Shown: one piece after another, positions 53,343-64,000 of the stretch | Numbering within the stretch: position 1 is the first letter of the stretch | How the letters are laid out: each line of letters begins with the position of its first letter | Source: Peptococcia bacterium | GTDB lineage: Bacteria; Bacillota; Peptococcia; Peptococcales; SKKY01 | Reading direction: 5' to 3' | Length of the DNA stretch: 64,000 nucleotides | Assembly: GCA_965228015.1 (NCBI GenBank) | Contig: OZ245787.1 | Coordinates: 1,377,536 to 1,441,535 of the forward strand | Translations under genes and position numbers: made by a program | Notes under the pieces: generated by a model | What the model saw: only the letters and a program-made list of their open reading frames with translations | The model's database searches: none | Told to the model about the DNA's origin: nothing

Positions 53343-54359
53343 TTGAATGGGCGGGAGTTGGTTAATAGAATGAAAAAAGGATTTAAAAATCATAAGTTCA
53401 CTTTAATGTTCATTCCTCACAATAATTCGGAAGTGAGGAGCATTAAAATTCCGGCTATCTTGATAAATAGTCTTGCAGTTTTTGGTCTTTTGTCCCTAGT
53501 GGTTGTGGGAGTTTTATTTATAAATTCTTCCAGGCTAGAGACAAAGCTGCTGGAAAATAATGAGCTGAAGTCGGTTAATTCAATTCAAAACCAAGAGATA
53601 AAAATCCTTAAGAAAGAAGCTACATTGGCTTTGGAAAAGTTAGAGGAAATTAAAAAAACTGATGCAAAAGTAAGAGAAATGGTTGGGCTAAAATCTAATG
53701 AGGACACAAACATAGCGGCTTCCAGAAGTGACAGCGGCGGAACAAGATATCCTTCTAGAAGCCTAATAAATGACAACTATGATTTGCTTAATTCTACATA
53801 TGCAACTAATAGTGAAAACGCAGAACAGTTTAGTGAAAAAAATGCTTCAGGATTGACGGATATAAAAGAAATAAAAGAAATACTCAAAGTTATCAATGAA
53901 GGAGTTGGAAATCAGGAAAAGATTTTAACAAGCTTGGAAAAAGAAACCTCGGACAAGATTCGCTTTTTAGCTGCGAAACCTTCTGGCCGTCCTTCTTCAG
54001 GGAGGCTAACATCTCCTTATGGTTGGAGAACAAGTCCTTTTTCCGGCAGAGGATCTGAGTTTCATTCTGGAATTGACATTGCTTCCGGGTATGGAGCCAG
54101 AATCGTAGCTACAGGGTCAGGAAAGGTTACTTTTTCAAGATATAGAGCTGGATTCGGCTATACGGTAGTTATTAATCATGGGTATGGATATACAACTATG
54201 TATGCTCACTGTTCTTCCTTAAATGTGAAAGTTGGAGATCAGGTAAAAAGAGGGGAACTTATAGCAAGGATGGGGAGATCTGGAAGAGCAACCGGGCCTC
54301 ATGTGCATTACGAGGTTACTTATAATGGAAGAACAATTAATCCTCAAACTACTATGTAA
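53343..54359 (+). CDS. Membrane-anchored coiled-coil M23 endopeptidase
   Basis: N-terminal TM segment, coiled coil, and HSGID/HVHYE zinc motifs. Confidence 0.9.
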   Translation: MNGRELVNRMKKGFKNHKFTLMFIPHNNSEVRSIKIPAILINSLAVFGLLSLVVVGVLFINSSRLETKLLENNELKSVNSIQNQEIKILKKEATLALEKLEEIKKTDAKVREMVGLKSNEDTNIAASRSDSGGTRYPSRSLINDNYDLLNSTYATNSENAEQFSEKNASGLTDIKEIKEILKVINEGVGNQEKILTSLEKETSDKIRFLAAKPSGRPSSGRLTSPYGWRTSPFSGRGSEFHSGIDIASGYGARIVATGSGKVTFSRYRAGFGYTVVINHGYGYTTMYAHCSSLNVKVGDQVKRGELIARMGRSGRATGPHVHYEVTYNGRTINPQTTM

Positions 54360-54376
54360 GTAAAGGAGAAAAAAGA

Positions 54377-54781
54377 ATGTTTGGATCAAAGGAAGCGAAA
54401 AAGGAAAATATCATTAATGCAGAAGTTATAGAAACGATAATTGGATTAAACTCAGAAATTGAAGGTTCTGTTCTTTCAAAAGGGTCTGTAAGAATTGACG
54501 GGAAGTTAAATGGAGATGTTTCTATAGAGGGCAACTTAATTGTTGGCGATCAGGGTTTGCTGAAAGGTAATGTTAAAGCGAAAAATATCATGGTTGCAGG
54601 AGAATTAATTGGAAATGTTGCTGCAAAAGAAAAAATTGAGATTAATAAATCTGGCAAGTTGTCGGGTGATATTTTGTCAAAATTTATTGTCATTGAAGAT
54701 GGTGCCCAGTTCACTGGCCATTGTAAAATGGAAACAGAAGAATCCAAGACCCCTTTACTAAAAGAAAACAACAAAAAGTAG
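54377..54781 (+). CDS. Bactofilin (polymer-forming cytoskeletal protein)
   Basis: TIIG..EIEG.V...G.VRIDG...GDV beta-helix, ending IEDGAQFTGHC. Confidence 0.9.
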   Translation: MFGSKEAKKENIINAEVIETIIGLNSEIEGSVLSKGSVRIDGKLNGDVSIEGNLIVGDQGLLKGNVKAKNIMVAGELIGNVAAKEKIEINKSGKLSGDILSKFIVIEDGAQFTGHCKMETEESKTPLLKENNKK

Positions 54782-54831
54782 TAAATTAAGGGCAGAGAAT
54801 CTGTCCTTTTTCTTTTTATATAGTACGAGGA

Positions 54832-55584
54832 GTGAATGATATGATTGATTATAACACTTTCGATATTGCCCTGGTTCTTATTGTTTTTTTCGGTGCTTTA
54901 TATGGCTCGTACAGGGGCTTTGTTGTTACGTTATTGAGTTTTGCCGGCAAAATATTGTCCGCAATTCTTGCTGGTAAATTTCTCGGAAAATTTATTGAAG
55001 TCTTTAGGGTGAAAGAACTTTTTTTGAATGATATTGGAAAAATACTTCAAGATTATTTACCTGTTTCGGAAGAAATTAAAAACATGAAGCTATCTGAAGA
55101 AGGGGTTAATCTCGCCGGTTCATCTTTTGAGGGTAACAATCTCATAAAAATTTTGGGTGAAAATATTTCCCGGGAAATAAAAAGGTTTTCTGAGATGGGT
55201 GATAGTGTTTCTTTTGAAACTGTTGGTGATATGATAAGTCTGGTAGTTTCAAATTATATTTTAAATATATTATCATTTATTTTTTTATTTTTGCTGTTCC
55301 TTTTTGGCTTCTCAATTTTAAAAGCAATAATGGTAAACTTGATAAGTTCTTCGGGAGCTGTAACTGGAGTGGATAAAATCTTTGGTTTTATCCTGGGCGC
55401 GGGAGTAAATGTATTTGTTCTTGCGTTATTTATTGGCATTTCATACGATCTTTTAAATGTAACGGCCCTTGAAGAAGGAGGGATTTTAAGCACCTATAGA
55501 ATTATGCTGAATGAGTCCTCCTTTAGGGCATATTTCTCTTATGTATATAATCTAATAATAAATGAAGGTATAAAATTATTGTAA
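54832..55584 (+). CDS. CvpA family membrane protein
   Basis: GSYRGFV near the N-terminus and VDKIFGFILG motif with four hydrophobic segments. Confidence 0.75.
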   Translation: MNDMIDYNTFDIALVLIVFFGALYGSYRGFVVTLLSFAGKILSAILAGKFLGKFIEVFRVKELFLNDIGKILQDYLPVSEEIKNMKLSEEGVNLAGSSFEGNNLIKILGENISREIKRFSEMGDSVSFETVGDMISLVVSNYILNILSFIFLFLLFLFGFSILKAIMVNLISSSGAVTGVDKIFGFILGAGVNVFVLALFIGISYDLLNVTALEEGGILSTYRIMLNESSFRAYFSYVYNLIINEGIKLL

Positions 55585-55596
55585 AGAGGGTTTAAT

Positions 55597-56550
55597 TTGG
55601 ATAAAAGATATAATATATATTCGGATTTCTTGAAAGAAAAATATAATGAAAAGGTTTACAAGCTGCCGGTTAACCTTCCTGGAACTTGTCCAAACAGAGA
55701 TGGTAATTTATCTGTAAATGGTTGTACTTTTTGTGATGAAGATGGCTCTGGTTTCGAGTGTTTGCCTAATGAATTGTCGGTTACAAAACAAATTGAAGCT
55801 AACAGGGCTTTCTTTATTAGAAGGTTTAAAGCTAAAAAGTTTATTGTCTATTTTCAAGCTTTCACAAATACTTATATGGAATTTGATGTTTTTAAGAAAT
55901 GCATATTGGAGGCAACTTCTTTTGAGGATGTTGTAGGGATTTCTATTTCTACAAGACCAGACTGCCTCCCAGACCAATACTTAGATTTTCTTAAAGAAGT
56001 TAAATTGGAATTTAATTTAGAAATTGAAATAGAGTTAGGTTTACAGACTGTAAACTATCATACTCTTATTAAAGTTAACAGAGGGCATACGTTAGCAGAA
56101 TATATTGACGCGGTACTCCAAATAAAAAAGAGAGGATTTGCTCTGGTTACACATCTGATGTTGAATTTACCTTATGATAATGAAACAGATGTTGTTGAAA
56201 ATGCTAAAATACTATCCGCAATAGGAAGTGACTATGTTAAACTACATTCTTTATATATTGTTAAAGGCGCCCCGATTAGTGAAGAATATAATTTGAAAAA
56301 ATTTGAAATGATTTCCTTAGAAGAATATGTTCAAAGAGTAGTAACCTTTTTAGAGTATCTTGATCCAAAAATTATAGTTCAGAGAATTGTAGGCAAAGGC
56401 CCTCAGGGGAATATGGATTTTTGCAACTGGAGTACAAGTTGGTGGAAAATTAAGATAATGATAGAAGAAGCTCTTGTGAAGAAAAACACTTTTCAGGGAA
56501 AAAAGTTTAATTATTTATATGGAAGTGCAGTTGTAAAAAAAGAATTTTAA
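55597..56550 (+). CDS. TIGR01212/YhcC-family radical SAM protein
   Basis: CPNRDG..GCTFC, YFQAFTNTY, STRPDC, ELGLQT and VKLHSL motifs. Confidence 0.88.
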   Translation: MDKRYNIYSDFLKEKYNEKVYKLPVNLPGTCPNRDGNLSVNGCTFCDEDGSGFECLPNELSVTKQIEANRAFFIRRFKAKKFIVYFQAFTNTYMEFDVFKKCILEATSFEDVVGISISTRPDCLPDQYLDFLKEVKLEFNLEIEIELGLQTVNYHTLIKVNRGHTLAEYIDAVLQIKKRGFALVTHLMLNLPYDNETDVVENAKILSAIGSDYVKLHSLYIVKGAPISEEYNLKKFEMISLEEYVQRVVTFLEYLDPKIIVQRIVGKGPQGNMDFCNWSTSWWKIKIMIEEALVKKNTFQGKKFNYLYGSAVVKKEF

Positions 56551-56565
56551 GAAGGTGGATATGCA

Positions 56566-56754
56566 ATGCCTCTGAAAATAAATGTTGGTAATTTAATTGT
56601 TACAAAAAAAAATCACCCCTGTGGGGGAAATCGCTGGATAGTTATCAGAACGGGAGCGGATTTTATAATTAAGTGTGAAAAATGTAATCATCAGACTTGG
56701 ATTTCCCGTGTTAAGCTGGAAAAATCCATAAAAGAAATAATAAGTAAAAAGTAA
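56566..56754 (+). CDS. DUF951 family protein
   Basis: KKNHPCGGNRW..RTGADFIIKCEKC, upstream of rpsF. Confidence 0.85.
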   Translation: MPLKINVGNLIVTKKNHPCGGNRWIVIRTGADFIIKCEKCNHQTWISRVKLEKSIKEIISKK

Positions 56755-56799
56755 CCATATTCTTTACAAACAATTAATAATATGATAAAATTTAATGTT

Positions 56800-56853
56800 G
56801 AAGACCCTGCTCTGTAAAAGGAGCCTAAGTCCATGGGGGGGAGGTGAAGACTA
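56800..56853 (+). promoter_or_regulatory. Putative S6:S18 autoregulatory leader of rpsF, downstream of a TTTACA-17-TAAAAT promoter
   Basis: ACCCTGCTC..GAGCC..GGGGGGGAGGTG: a hairpin whose CCC can pair with the Shine-Dalgarno region, in the established position for this leader. Confidence 0.55.
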
Positions 56854-57138
56854 GTGCGCGAATACGAAATTATGTATATTTTAAACCCAGCTGAGGAAGC
56901 TGTTATCGAAGCGAATATTGAAAAATATAATAAAATAATTGCTGATAACGGTGGAGAATTGAAAAACCTTACTAAAATGGGTAATCGCAAACTAGCCTAT
57001 GAAATTGACAAGAAGAATGATGGTTTTTATGTTCTTGCTCGTTTTATGGGTGATTCAAAAGTTGCAGATGAGCTTAACAGAGTAATGAAAATCTCTGAAG
57101 AAGTAATTCGTAACTTAATTGTTAGAGTAGAAGAATAA
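56854..57138 (+). CDS. rpsF: 30S ribosomal protein S6
   Basis: [12 protein letters not shown] and GNRKLAYEI motifs. Confidence 0.98.
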   Translation: MREYEIMYILNPAEEAVIEANIEKYNKIIADNGGELKNLTKMGNRKLAYEIDKKNDGFYVLARFMGDSKVADELNRVMKISEEVIRNLIVRVEE

Positions 57139-57154
57139 TCTTGGAGGTAAAGTC

Positions 57155-57559
57155 ATGAACAGAGCCGTGTTAGTAGGAAGATTAACAAAAGATCCTGAGC
57201 TAAGATATACACAATCAGGTATTGCGGTTGCTAATTTTACAATTGCGGTAAACAGAAGATTTGTCCGGGAGGGTGAACAATCTGCAGACTTTATTCCGGT
57301 TATTGTTTGGCAAAAAGCAGCTGAAAATGTTGCAAAATATTTAAACAAAGGAAGTCAGGTGGCTGTTGAAGGACGCATACAGACTTCAAGTTATGATAAT
57401 AAAGAAGGTCAAAGAGTTTTCAGAACCGAGGTTGTAGCTGATCAAGTTGAGTTTATTGGATCAAAAGGTGGCGGCAGCAGTAGTTCCAGAGACGATAATT
57501 TTACTGATTCTGATGGAGATTCCTTTAAAGGAGACTTTAGTGAGGAAATTCCTTTTTGA
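57155..57559 (+). CDS. ssb: Single-stranded DNA-binding protein
   Basis: [14 protein letters not shown] fold and acidic IPF tail. Confidence 0.98.
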   Translation: MNRAVLVGRLTKDPELRYTQSGIAVANFTIAVNRRFVREGEQSADFIPVIVWQKAAENVAKYLNKGSQVAVEGRIQTSSYDNKEGQRVFRTEVVADQVEFIGSKGGGSSSSRDDNFTDSDGDSFKGDFSEEIPF

Positions 57560-57575
57560 TAGGAGATGAGATAAA

Positions 57576-57806
57576 TTGGTTAAACGCGAACGTGGAAGAA
57601 GAAAAAAACGTGTTTGCAGTTTCTGTGCCGACAAAAGAAGTGTTATTGATTATAAAGAGCTAAATAAGCTTTCTAAATATACTTCTGAAAGAGGTAAAAT
57701 TTTACCAAGAAGAGTAACAGGAAATTGTGCAAAACATCAAAGAGCTTTAACAGTTGCTATTAAAAGAGCAAGATATATTGCATTAATGTCATATATTATT
57801 GACTAA
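57576..57806 (+). CDS. rpsR: 30S ribosomal protein S18 (Zn-ribbon form)
   Basis: [23 protein letters not shown]. Confidence 0.98.
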   Translation: MVKRERGRRKKRVCSFCADKRSVIDYKELNKLSKYTSERGKILPRRVTGNCAKHQRALTVAIKRARYIALMSYIID

Positions 57807-57911
57807 TATAAAAATATTTTAGAAAGACAAGGAGTTATATTAAGCGCCTTGTCTTTCTTTATTGTTATAAATTATAATAAAAGAATAGTTATAATAAGTA
57901 GGAGTGAAAAA

Positions 57912-58901
57912 ATGAGCTCAATTTATAAAACAAGACAATTAACTGAAGGTGCTATTATGGCGGTTATAACAGCCATTGCTGCCCTGTTAGGAACTTTTAT
58001 CCCTTTACTTAATGCTCTGACGGTAATGGTTATAACTGCTCCAATAATATTCGTAATAGTAAGAAATAATCTTTCTACAGGTGTTTTGTCCTCCATAGTA
58101 GCGGCTTTTTTGGTAGGTATAATTGCTGGTCCAATTGCTTCAATCTTTTTTTATATTCAGTTTATGTTCTTGGCAATTGTTTATGGGTATTTATTTAGGA
58201 AAGAATCCTCTGTAGCAACATTTTTATCTGTTGGAACAGTTGTTTCTGTAACCGCGACAATACTGGTTTTTCTATTGGTTATGATAACCGGACAGATTAG
58301 CTTTGAAGAGCAAAAAGAAGTTTTTAATGAAGCGATGGAAAGAACTATAATTCAATATGAGGAATCCGGAGTTTTTGATGACCTAAAAAATCAGGGTTAT
58401 TCACAGGAAGAAATTCGCACAATGCTGGATGGAATGATCAAGTTTGTGATAAACGTTATTCCTACAATTATTGTAATTGCCAGTGCTTTAACAGCAATTT
58501 TAAATTTTGTTTTCTCTAGGCTGCTGTTAAAAAAGTTCAATCATAAAGTGCCGGTTTTCCCTAAGTTTACAGAGTGGCATATGCCGTGGAATTTTATCTG
58601 GGGCTTTATTGTAGCCTGGGGGGTATTGCTATTTGGCGATGTTATTGATAATCCTGCGGTATTAATCATTGGACAAAATGTTCTGATTGCTTATGGAGCA
58701 GCTTTTTTTATTGTGGGTTTATCAACCATGGCTTATATATTTAAAAATGCTGAGATTTCCCCAATTGCAAGAACAGCCTTTGTATTTTTAATATTCTTTT
58801 TGTTTCAAAGTATAGTTGTTATTACTGCATTTATAGGTCTTTTAGATTTGCTTCTGGATATAAGGAAAAAAATAGCTGAGAGAAAGGAAGGTAAAAAATG
58901 A
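57912..58901 (+). CDS. YybS/DUF2232 membrane protein
   Basis: [10 protein letters not shown] start, multiple TM segments and [13 protein letters not shown] end, between rpsR and rplI. Confidence 0.85.
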   Translation: MSSIYKTRQLTEGAIMAVITAIAALLGTFIPLLNALTVMVITAPIIFVIVRNNLSTGVLSSIVAAFLVGIIAGPIASIFFYIQFMFLAIVYGYLFRKESSVATFLSVGTVVSVTATILVFLLVMITGQISFEEQKEVFNEAMERTIIQYEESGVFDDLKNQGYSQEEIRTMLDGMIKFVINVIPTIIVIASALTAILNFVFSRLLLKKFNHKVPVFPKFTEWHMPWNFIWGFIVAWGVLLFGDVIDNPAVLIIGQNVLIAYGAAFFIVGLSTMAYIFKNAEISPIARTAFVFLIFFLFQSIVVITAFIGLLDLLLDIRKKIAERKEGKK

Positions 58902-59347
58902 AGGTAATATTATTAGAAGATGTTAATAAGATTGGTAAAAAGGGAGAAATTAAAGAGGTTAAGGATGGATATGCTCATAATTTCCTTTTTGCAAAAAAAT
59001 TAGCAGTACCTGCCACAAAACAAAACTTGGATGCTGTTGAGAAGGAAAAAGATTTAAAAGAAGAAGAAGAAAAGAAGAAGAAGAAACAAGCCTTGGAAAT
59101 CGGTAAAAGCCTTACTGATAAGGAATTTGAATTTGGGGTTAAAGCCGGAGATAAAGGCAGATTGTTTGGATCGATTACTACAAAAGAGATTGCTCTTGAG
59201 ATAGAAAAGCAATACGGAATAAAGCTTGATAAAAGAAAGCTTACAATTGATGAGCCCATCAAGGCTCTTGGAACATATAATGTAACTGCAAAACTTCATC
59301 CGGAAGCAAACTTTGGTTTTAAAATAAAAGTAACTGAACTGGAATAG
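58898..59347 (+). CDS. rplI: 50S ribosomal protein L9
   Basis: [19 protein letters not shown] and LFGSIT motifs. Confidence 0.98.
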   Translation: MKVILLEDVNKIGKKGEIKEVKDGYAHNFLFAKKLAVPATKQNLDAVEKEKDLKEEEEKKKKKQALEIGKSLTDKEFEFGVKAGDKGRLFGSITTKEIALEIEKQYGIKLDKRKLTIDEPIKALGTYNVTAKLHPEANFGFKIKVTELE

Positions 59348-59359
59348 GAAGGTTAAATT

Positions 59360-60691
59360 ATGGAACAGGTAAGTTTTGAAAAACGTCAGCCTGCAAATAT
59401 TGAAGCAGAAGAAGCAATTATAGCAGCGATGATTTTGGATAAAGAAGTTATCAATAACGTTGTTCAGTTATTGAACGCGTCGGATTTTTACAGGGAAGAA
59501 AATGGGGTTTTATTTGAAACCATTGCTTCTTTAAGTGACAGAGGAGAGGTAATTGAGCTTCTGACTATTTCAGAGGATTTAAGAAAAAAGAATCTTCTGG
59601 AAAAAACCGGTGGTCTTTCTGAAATAGCAAGAATTGCAAATTCAACGGCAACGACTCAGGGCGTAGACCGTTATGCAGAGATTGTAAAAGAACGTTCAAC
59701 ATTAAGACAATTAATAAGAATTAACACTCAGCTGTTAAACCGTTGTTATGAAGAATCGGAAGATGTTGAAGGTATTCTTGATGATGCAGAAAGACAAATT
59801 TTAGAAATTTCAAAAGAAAGAGAAACTTCTGGTCTTGTTCCAATAAAAGGTGTCGTTAATGATGTAATAACAAAACTAGAGGAATTATATGATCAAAAGA
59901 CGGATATAACAGGAGTTCCTTCGGGTTTTGTTGATTTAGATAAAATGACTTCTGGCTTTCAAAGATCAGATTTGGTTATTGTTGCCGCAAGACCAGGTAT
60001 GGGTAAAACATCCTTTTGTTTAAATATTGCTCAAAATGTTACAACAAAGAAAAACTTGTCAGTAGCTGTATTCAGCCTGGAGATGTCAAAAGAGCAATTA
60101 GTGCAGCGTATTATATCTTCGGCAGCTGCTATTGACCAAATTTCAATAAGAACAGGAAAAATTAAGTCAGAAGAGTGGAGCCGCCTTATTGATGCAGTAA
60201 GTCCTTTGTCAGAAGCGAAAATTTTTATTGATGACACCCCTGCCATTTCAATACGTGAAATTCGTGCAAAAGCCCGGAGGTTGAAAGCGGAAAGAGGTTT
60301 GGATATTCTTTTTGTGGATTATATTCAGCTTATGACAGGTGGTATTAAAACTGAGTCCAGGCAACAGGAAATCTCTTACATATCAAGATCTCTTAAAGCT
60401 TTAGCCCGGGAGTTAAATATCCCAATTATTGCTCTTTCCCAGTTATCCCGTGCTGCAGAGCAAAGCCAGGATAAACGCCCAAGTCTGAGTCATCTACGTG
60501 AGTCTGGAGCCCTTGAACAGGACGCGGACATAGTTATGTTTATATACAGAGAGGAATATTACGACCCGGAAAGTGAAAAAAAGGCAATAGCAGAAATTAT
60601 TATCGCTAAGCACAGAAATGGACCTGTCGGCAGTGTAGATTTAGCATTTTTTGGCGAATATACTCGTTTTGGCAATCTCTCAAAGAAATAA
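59360..60691 (+). CDS. dnaB: Replicative DNA helicase (DnaB family)
   Basis: AARPGMGKT, FSLEM, DYIQL, LSQLSR and RESGALEQDAD motifs. Confidence 0.98.
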   Translation: MEQVSFEKRQPANIEAEEAIIAAMILDKEVINNVVQLLNASDFYREENGVLFETIASLSDRGEVIELLTISEDLRKKNLLEKTGGLSEIARIANSTATTQGVDRYAEIVKERSTLRQLIRINTQLLNRCYEESEDVEGILDDAERQILEISKERETSGLVPIKGVVNDVITKLEELYDQKTDITGVPSGFVDLDKMTSGFQRSDLVIVAARPGMGKTSFCLNIAQNVTTKKNLSVAVFSLEMSKEQLVQRIISSAAAIDQISIRTGKIKSEEWSRLIDAVSPLSEAKIFIDDTPAISIREIRAKARRLKAERGLDILFVDYIQLMTGGIKTESRQQEISYISRSLKALARELNIPIIALSQLSRAAEQSQDKRPSLSHLRESGALEQDADIVMFIYREEYYDPESEKKAIAEIIIAKHRNGPVGSVDLAFFGEYTRFGNLSKK

Positions 60692-60810
60692 TATTGTATA
60701 CAAGAAGGTTATTTTTCTCAAAATATTGTATACATATTCAAAGAATGATAAGATAAAATTTTAAAAATATTTTCATATTTTCAGATGTATTACTTAAGGG
60801 GAAAAGTAAG

Positions 60811-62144
<1,334 letters not shown>

Positions 62145-62262
62145 GTTGACGGATAAAGTTTTTGCTGATAAAATTTATTTGCTTTGATAAGGATTAGAAA
62201 AGACTCAAGCAGAGGCGACTTTGTTTGAGTATTTTTATGTTTGATTTAAGGAGGCAGAAATT

Positions 62263-63669
62263 ATGACCAAACACCAGGTAGATGTTTTAATAGTAGGGGC
62301 AGGTCCTGCTGGTATCTTTACAGCAATTGAACTGGAAAGAAAAAAGCCCGGGTTGAAAATTTTAATTGTTGACAAGGGTGTTGAAATTAACAAAAGAAAA
62401 TGTCCCGAAAAAACAAAGGGGTATTGCATTAAATGCCCGGTGTGCAGTATTACTTCCGGATGGAGTGGTGCAGGAGCTTTTTCAGATGGAAAATTAAGCC
62501 TTTCTACTGACGTTGGAGGCAGAATTACTGAATATTTGGGACAGGAAGCCAGCCAGGATTTAATTGATTATGCAGATACTATTTATCTGGAATTTGGAGC
62601 AAACAATACTGTTTATGGATTAAACAACTCTAAAACTGATGATATTGCCTATGAGGCCTCAAAACACGATCTTCAGCTTATAGCTTGTCCAGTAAGACAT
62701 TTAGGTACAGAGAAAGCCTTTGCAGTTCTTAAGGCTATGTATGACTATCTGGTTGCTAAGGATAATGTTGAATTTTGGTCTCTTGCGAGAGCTGAAGATT
62801 TATTAGTAGAGAATAACGTAGCGGTAGGTGCTAAGCTTAGAAGAGGAAATAAAGAGTTTATAATAGAAGCGAAAAAAATAGTAGTTGCTCCCGGCAGAGG
62901 CGGAGCGGAGTGGCTGAATAAACAAACTAATAAGCTAAATATCCAGACAGAAAACAATGAAGTTGATGTAGGAGTAAGGGTTGAAGTTCCTAATTCAATT
63001 ATGGATCATTTAACCAAAGATTTATATGAAGCTAAACTAGTATATTATTCAGACGCTTATGATAACAAAGTAAGAACTTTTTGTATGAATCCCGGGGGAG
63101 TTGTTTCCGGAGAGTCTTATGAAGGTATATCTGTTGTAAATGGTCACAGCTATTCAGACCAAAGTTTGGGAACTCAAAATACAAATTTTGCTTTATTAGT
63201 ATCCACTAAATTTACAAAGCCATTTAATGAACCAATTGAATATGGTAAATATGTGGCAAGACTGGCAAATATGCTTACCGGTGGGGGGATAATGGTTCAA
63301 CGTCTTGGAGATTTGCTAAAGGGAAGAAGGTCAGATTACTCTAGATTGGAGAAATCATCAATAATTCCGACATTAAAAAGTGCTGTTCCGGGAGACTTAA
63401 GTTATGTTCTTCCTACAAGATATCTAACATCTATAGTTGAAGCATTAAAAGCATTAGATAAAATAGCTCCTGGCTTATATTCAAGGAATACTCTTCTTTA
63501 TGGAGTTGAAGTAAAATTTTATTCATCAAAAGTAAAGTTGGATAATAATTTTGAGACAGAAGTAAAAAATCTTTATTCTATTGGAGATGGGGCAGGAATT
63601 ACCAGAGGTTTAATGCAAGCTTCTGTTAATGGTATAGCAGTTGCAAGAGATTTAGCGAAGGTACTATAA
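62263..63669 (+). CDS. NAD(P)/FAD-dependent oxidoreductase, uncharacterised
   Basis: GAGPAG, CPEKTKGYCIKCPVC, GAGAFSDGKL, RTFCMNPGG, NGHS and GDGAGITRG motifs. Confidence 0.85.
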   Translation: MTKHQVDVLIVGAGPAGIFTAIELERKKPGLKILIVDKGVEINKRKCPEKTKGYCIKCPVCSITSGWSGAGAFSDGKLSLSTDVGGRITEYLGQEASQDLIDYADTIYLEFGANNTVYGLNNSKTDDIAYEASKHDLQLIACPVRHLGTEKAFAVLKAMYDYLVAKDNVEFWSLARAEDLLVENNVAVGAKLRRGNKEFIIEAKKIVVAPGRGGAEWLNKQTNKLNIQTENNEVDVGVRVEVPNSIMDHLTKDLYEAKLVYYSDAYDNKVRTFCMNPGGVVSGESYEGISVVNGHSYSDQSLGTQNTNFALLVSTKFTKPFNEPIEYGKYVARLANMLTGGGIMVQRLGDLLKGRRSDYSRLEKSSIIPTLKSAVPGDLSYVLPTRYLTSIVEALKALDKIAPGLYSRNTLLYGVEVKFYSSKVKLDNNFETEVKNLYSIGDGAGITRGLMQASVNGIAVARDLAKVL

Positions 63670-63685
63670 AATTTATTTTGGATAA

Positions 63686-64000
<315 letters not shown>

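Overview
AT-rich clostridial-type (Firmicutes) chromosomal window spanning the replication origin. The right half is the conserved oriC neighbourhood: dnaA-dnaN-recF-gyrB-gyrA, T-box/class V aminotransferase/serS, rpmH-rnpA-yidD-yidC-jag-mnmE-mnmG-rsmG-noc-parA-parB with two parS sites, rpsF-ssb-rpsR, rplI-dnaB, gdhA and purA. The dnaA..serS block lies between two inverted ISLre2-type copies and appears flipped, so dnaA no longer diverges from rpmH. The left half is accessory: Lrp plus aminotransferase; an IS3 with a nested ISL3; a PAS kinase and PleD-type diguanylate cyclase; four type IV pilin-like genes, two fused to beta-helix domains; a cobalamin-riboswitch operon joining a methyltransferase, an FMN-binding-domain/solute-binding-protein fusion, an ABC importer, ApbE, NusG-II and a Gx transporter; hpf, a cold-shock gene and a second ISL3; two exported FAD oxidoreductases, a LysM-M23 peptidase and a SCIFF ranthipeptide pair. 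About 16 dispensable genes or transposases are frameshifted or nonsense-disrupted while the core genes are intact. This looks like real genome erosion, as in a recently host-restricted lineage (inference). Best novelty candidates: (1) the B12-regulated flavinylation-coupled importer; (2) the IS-bounded flip of oriC; (3) a GGGGAYGCTT-N14-DnaA-box motif at gene ends, each copy preceded by a strand-specific A/C shift at third codon positions. No rRNA, tRNA or CRISPR array was seen. All family assignments come from motif recognition by eye, not from database searches.
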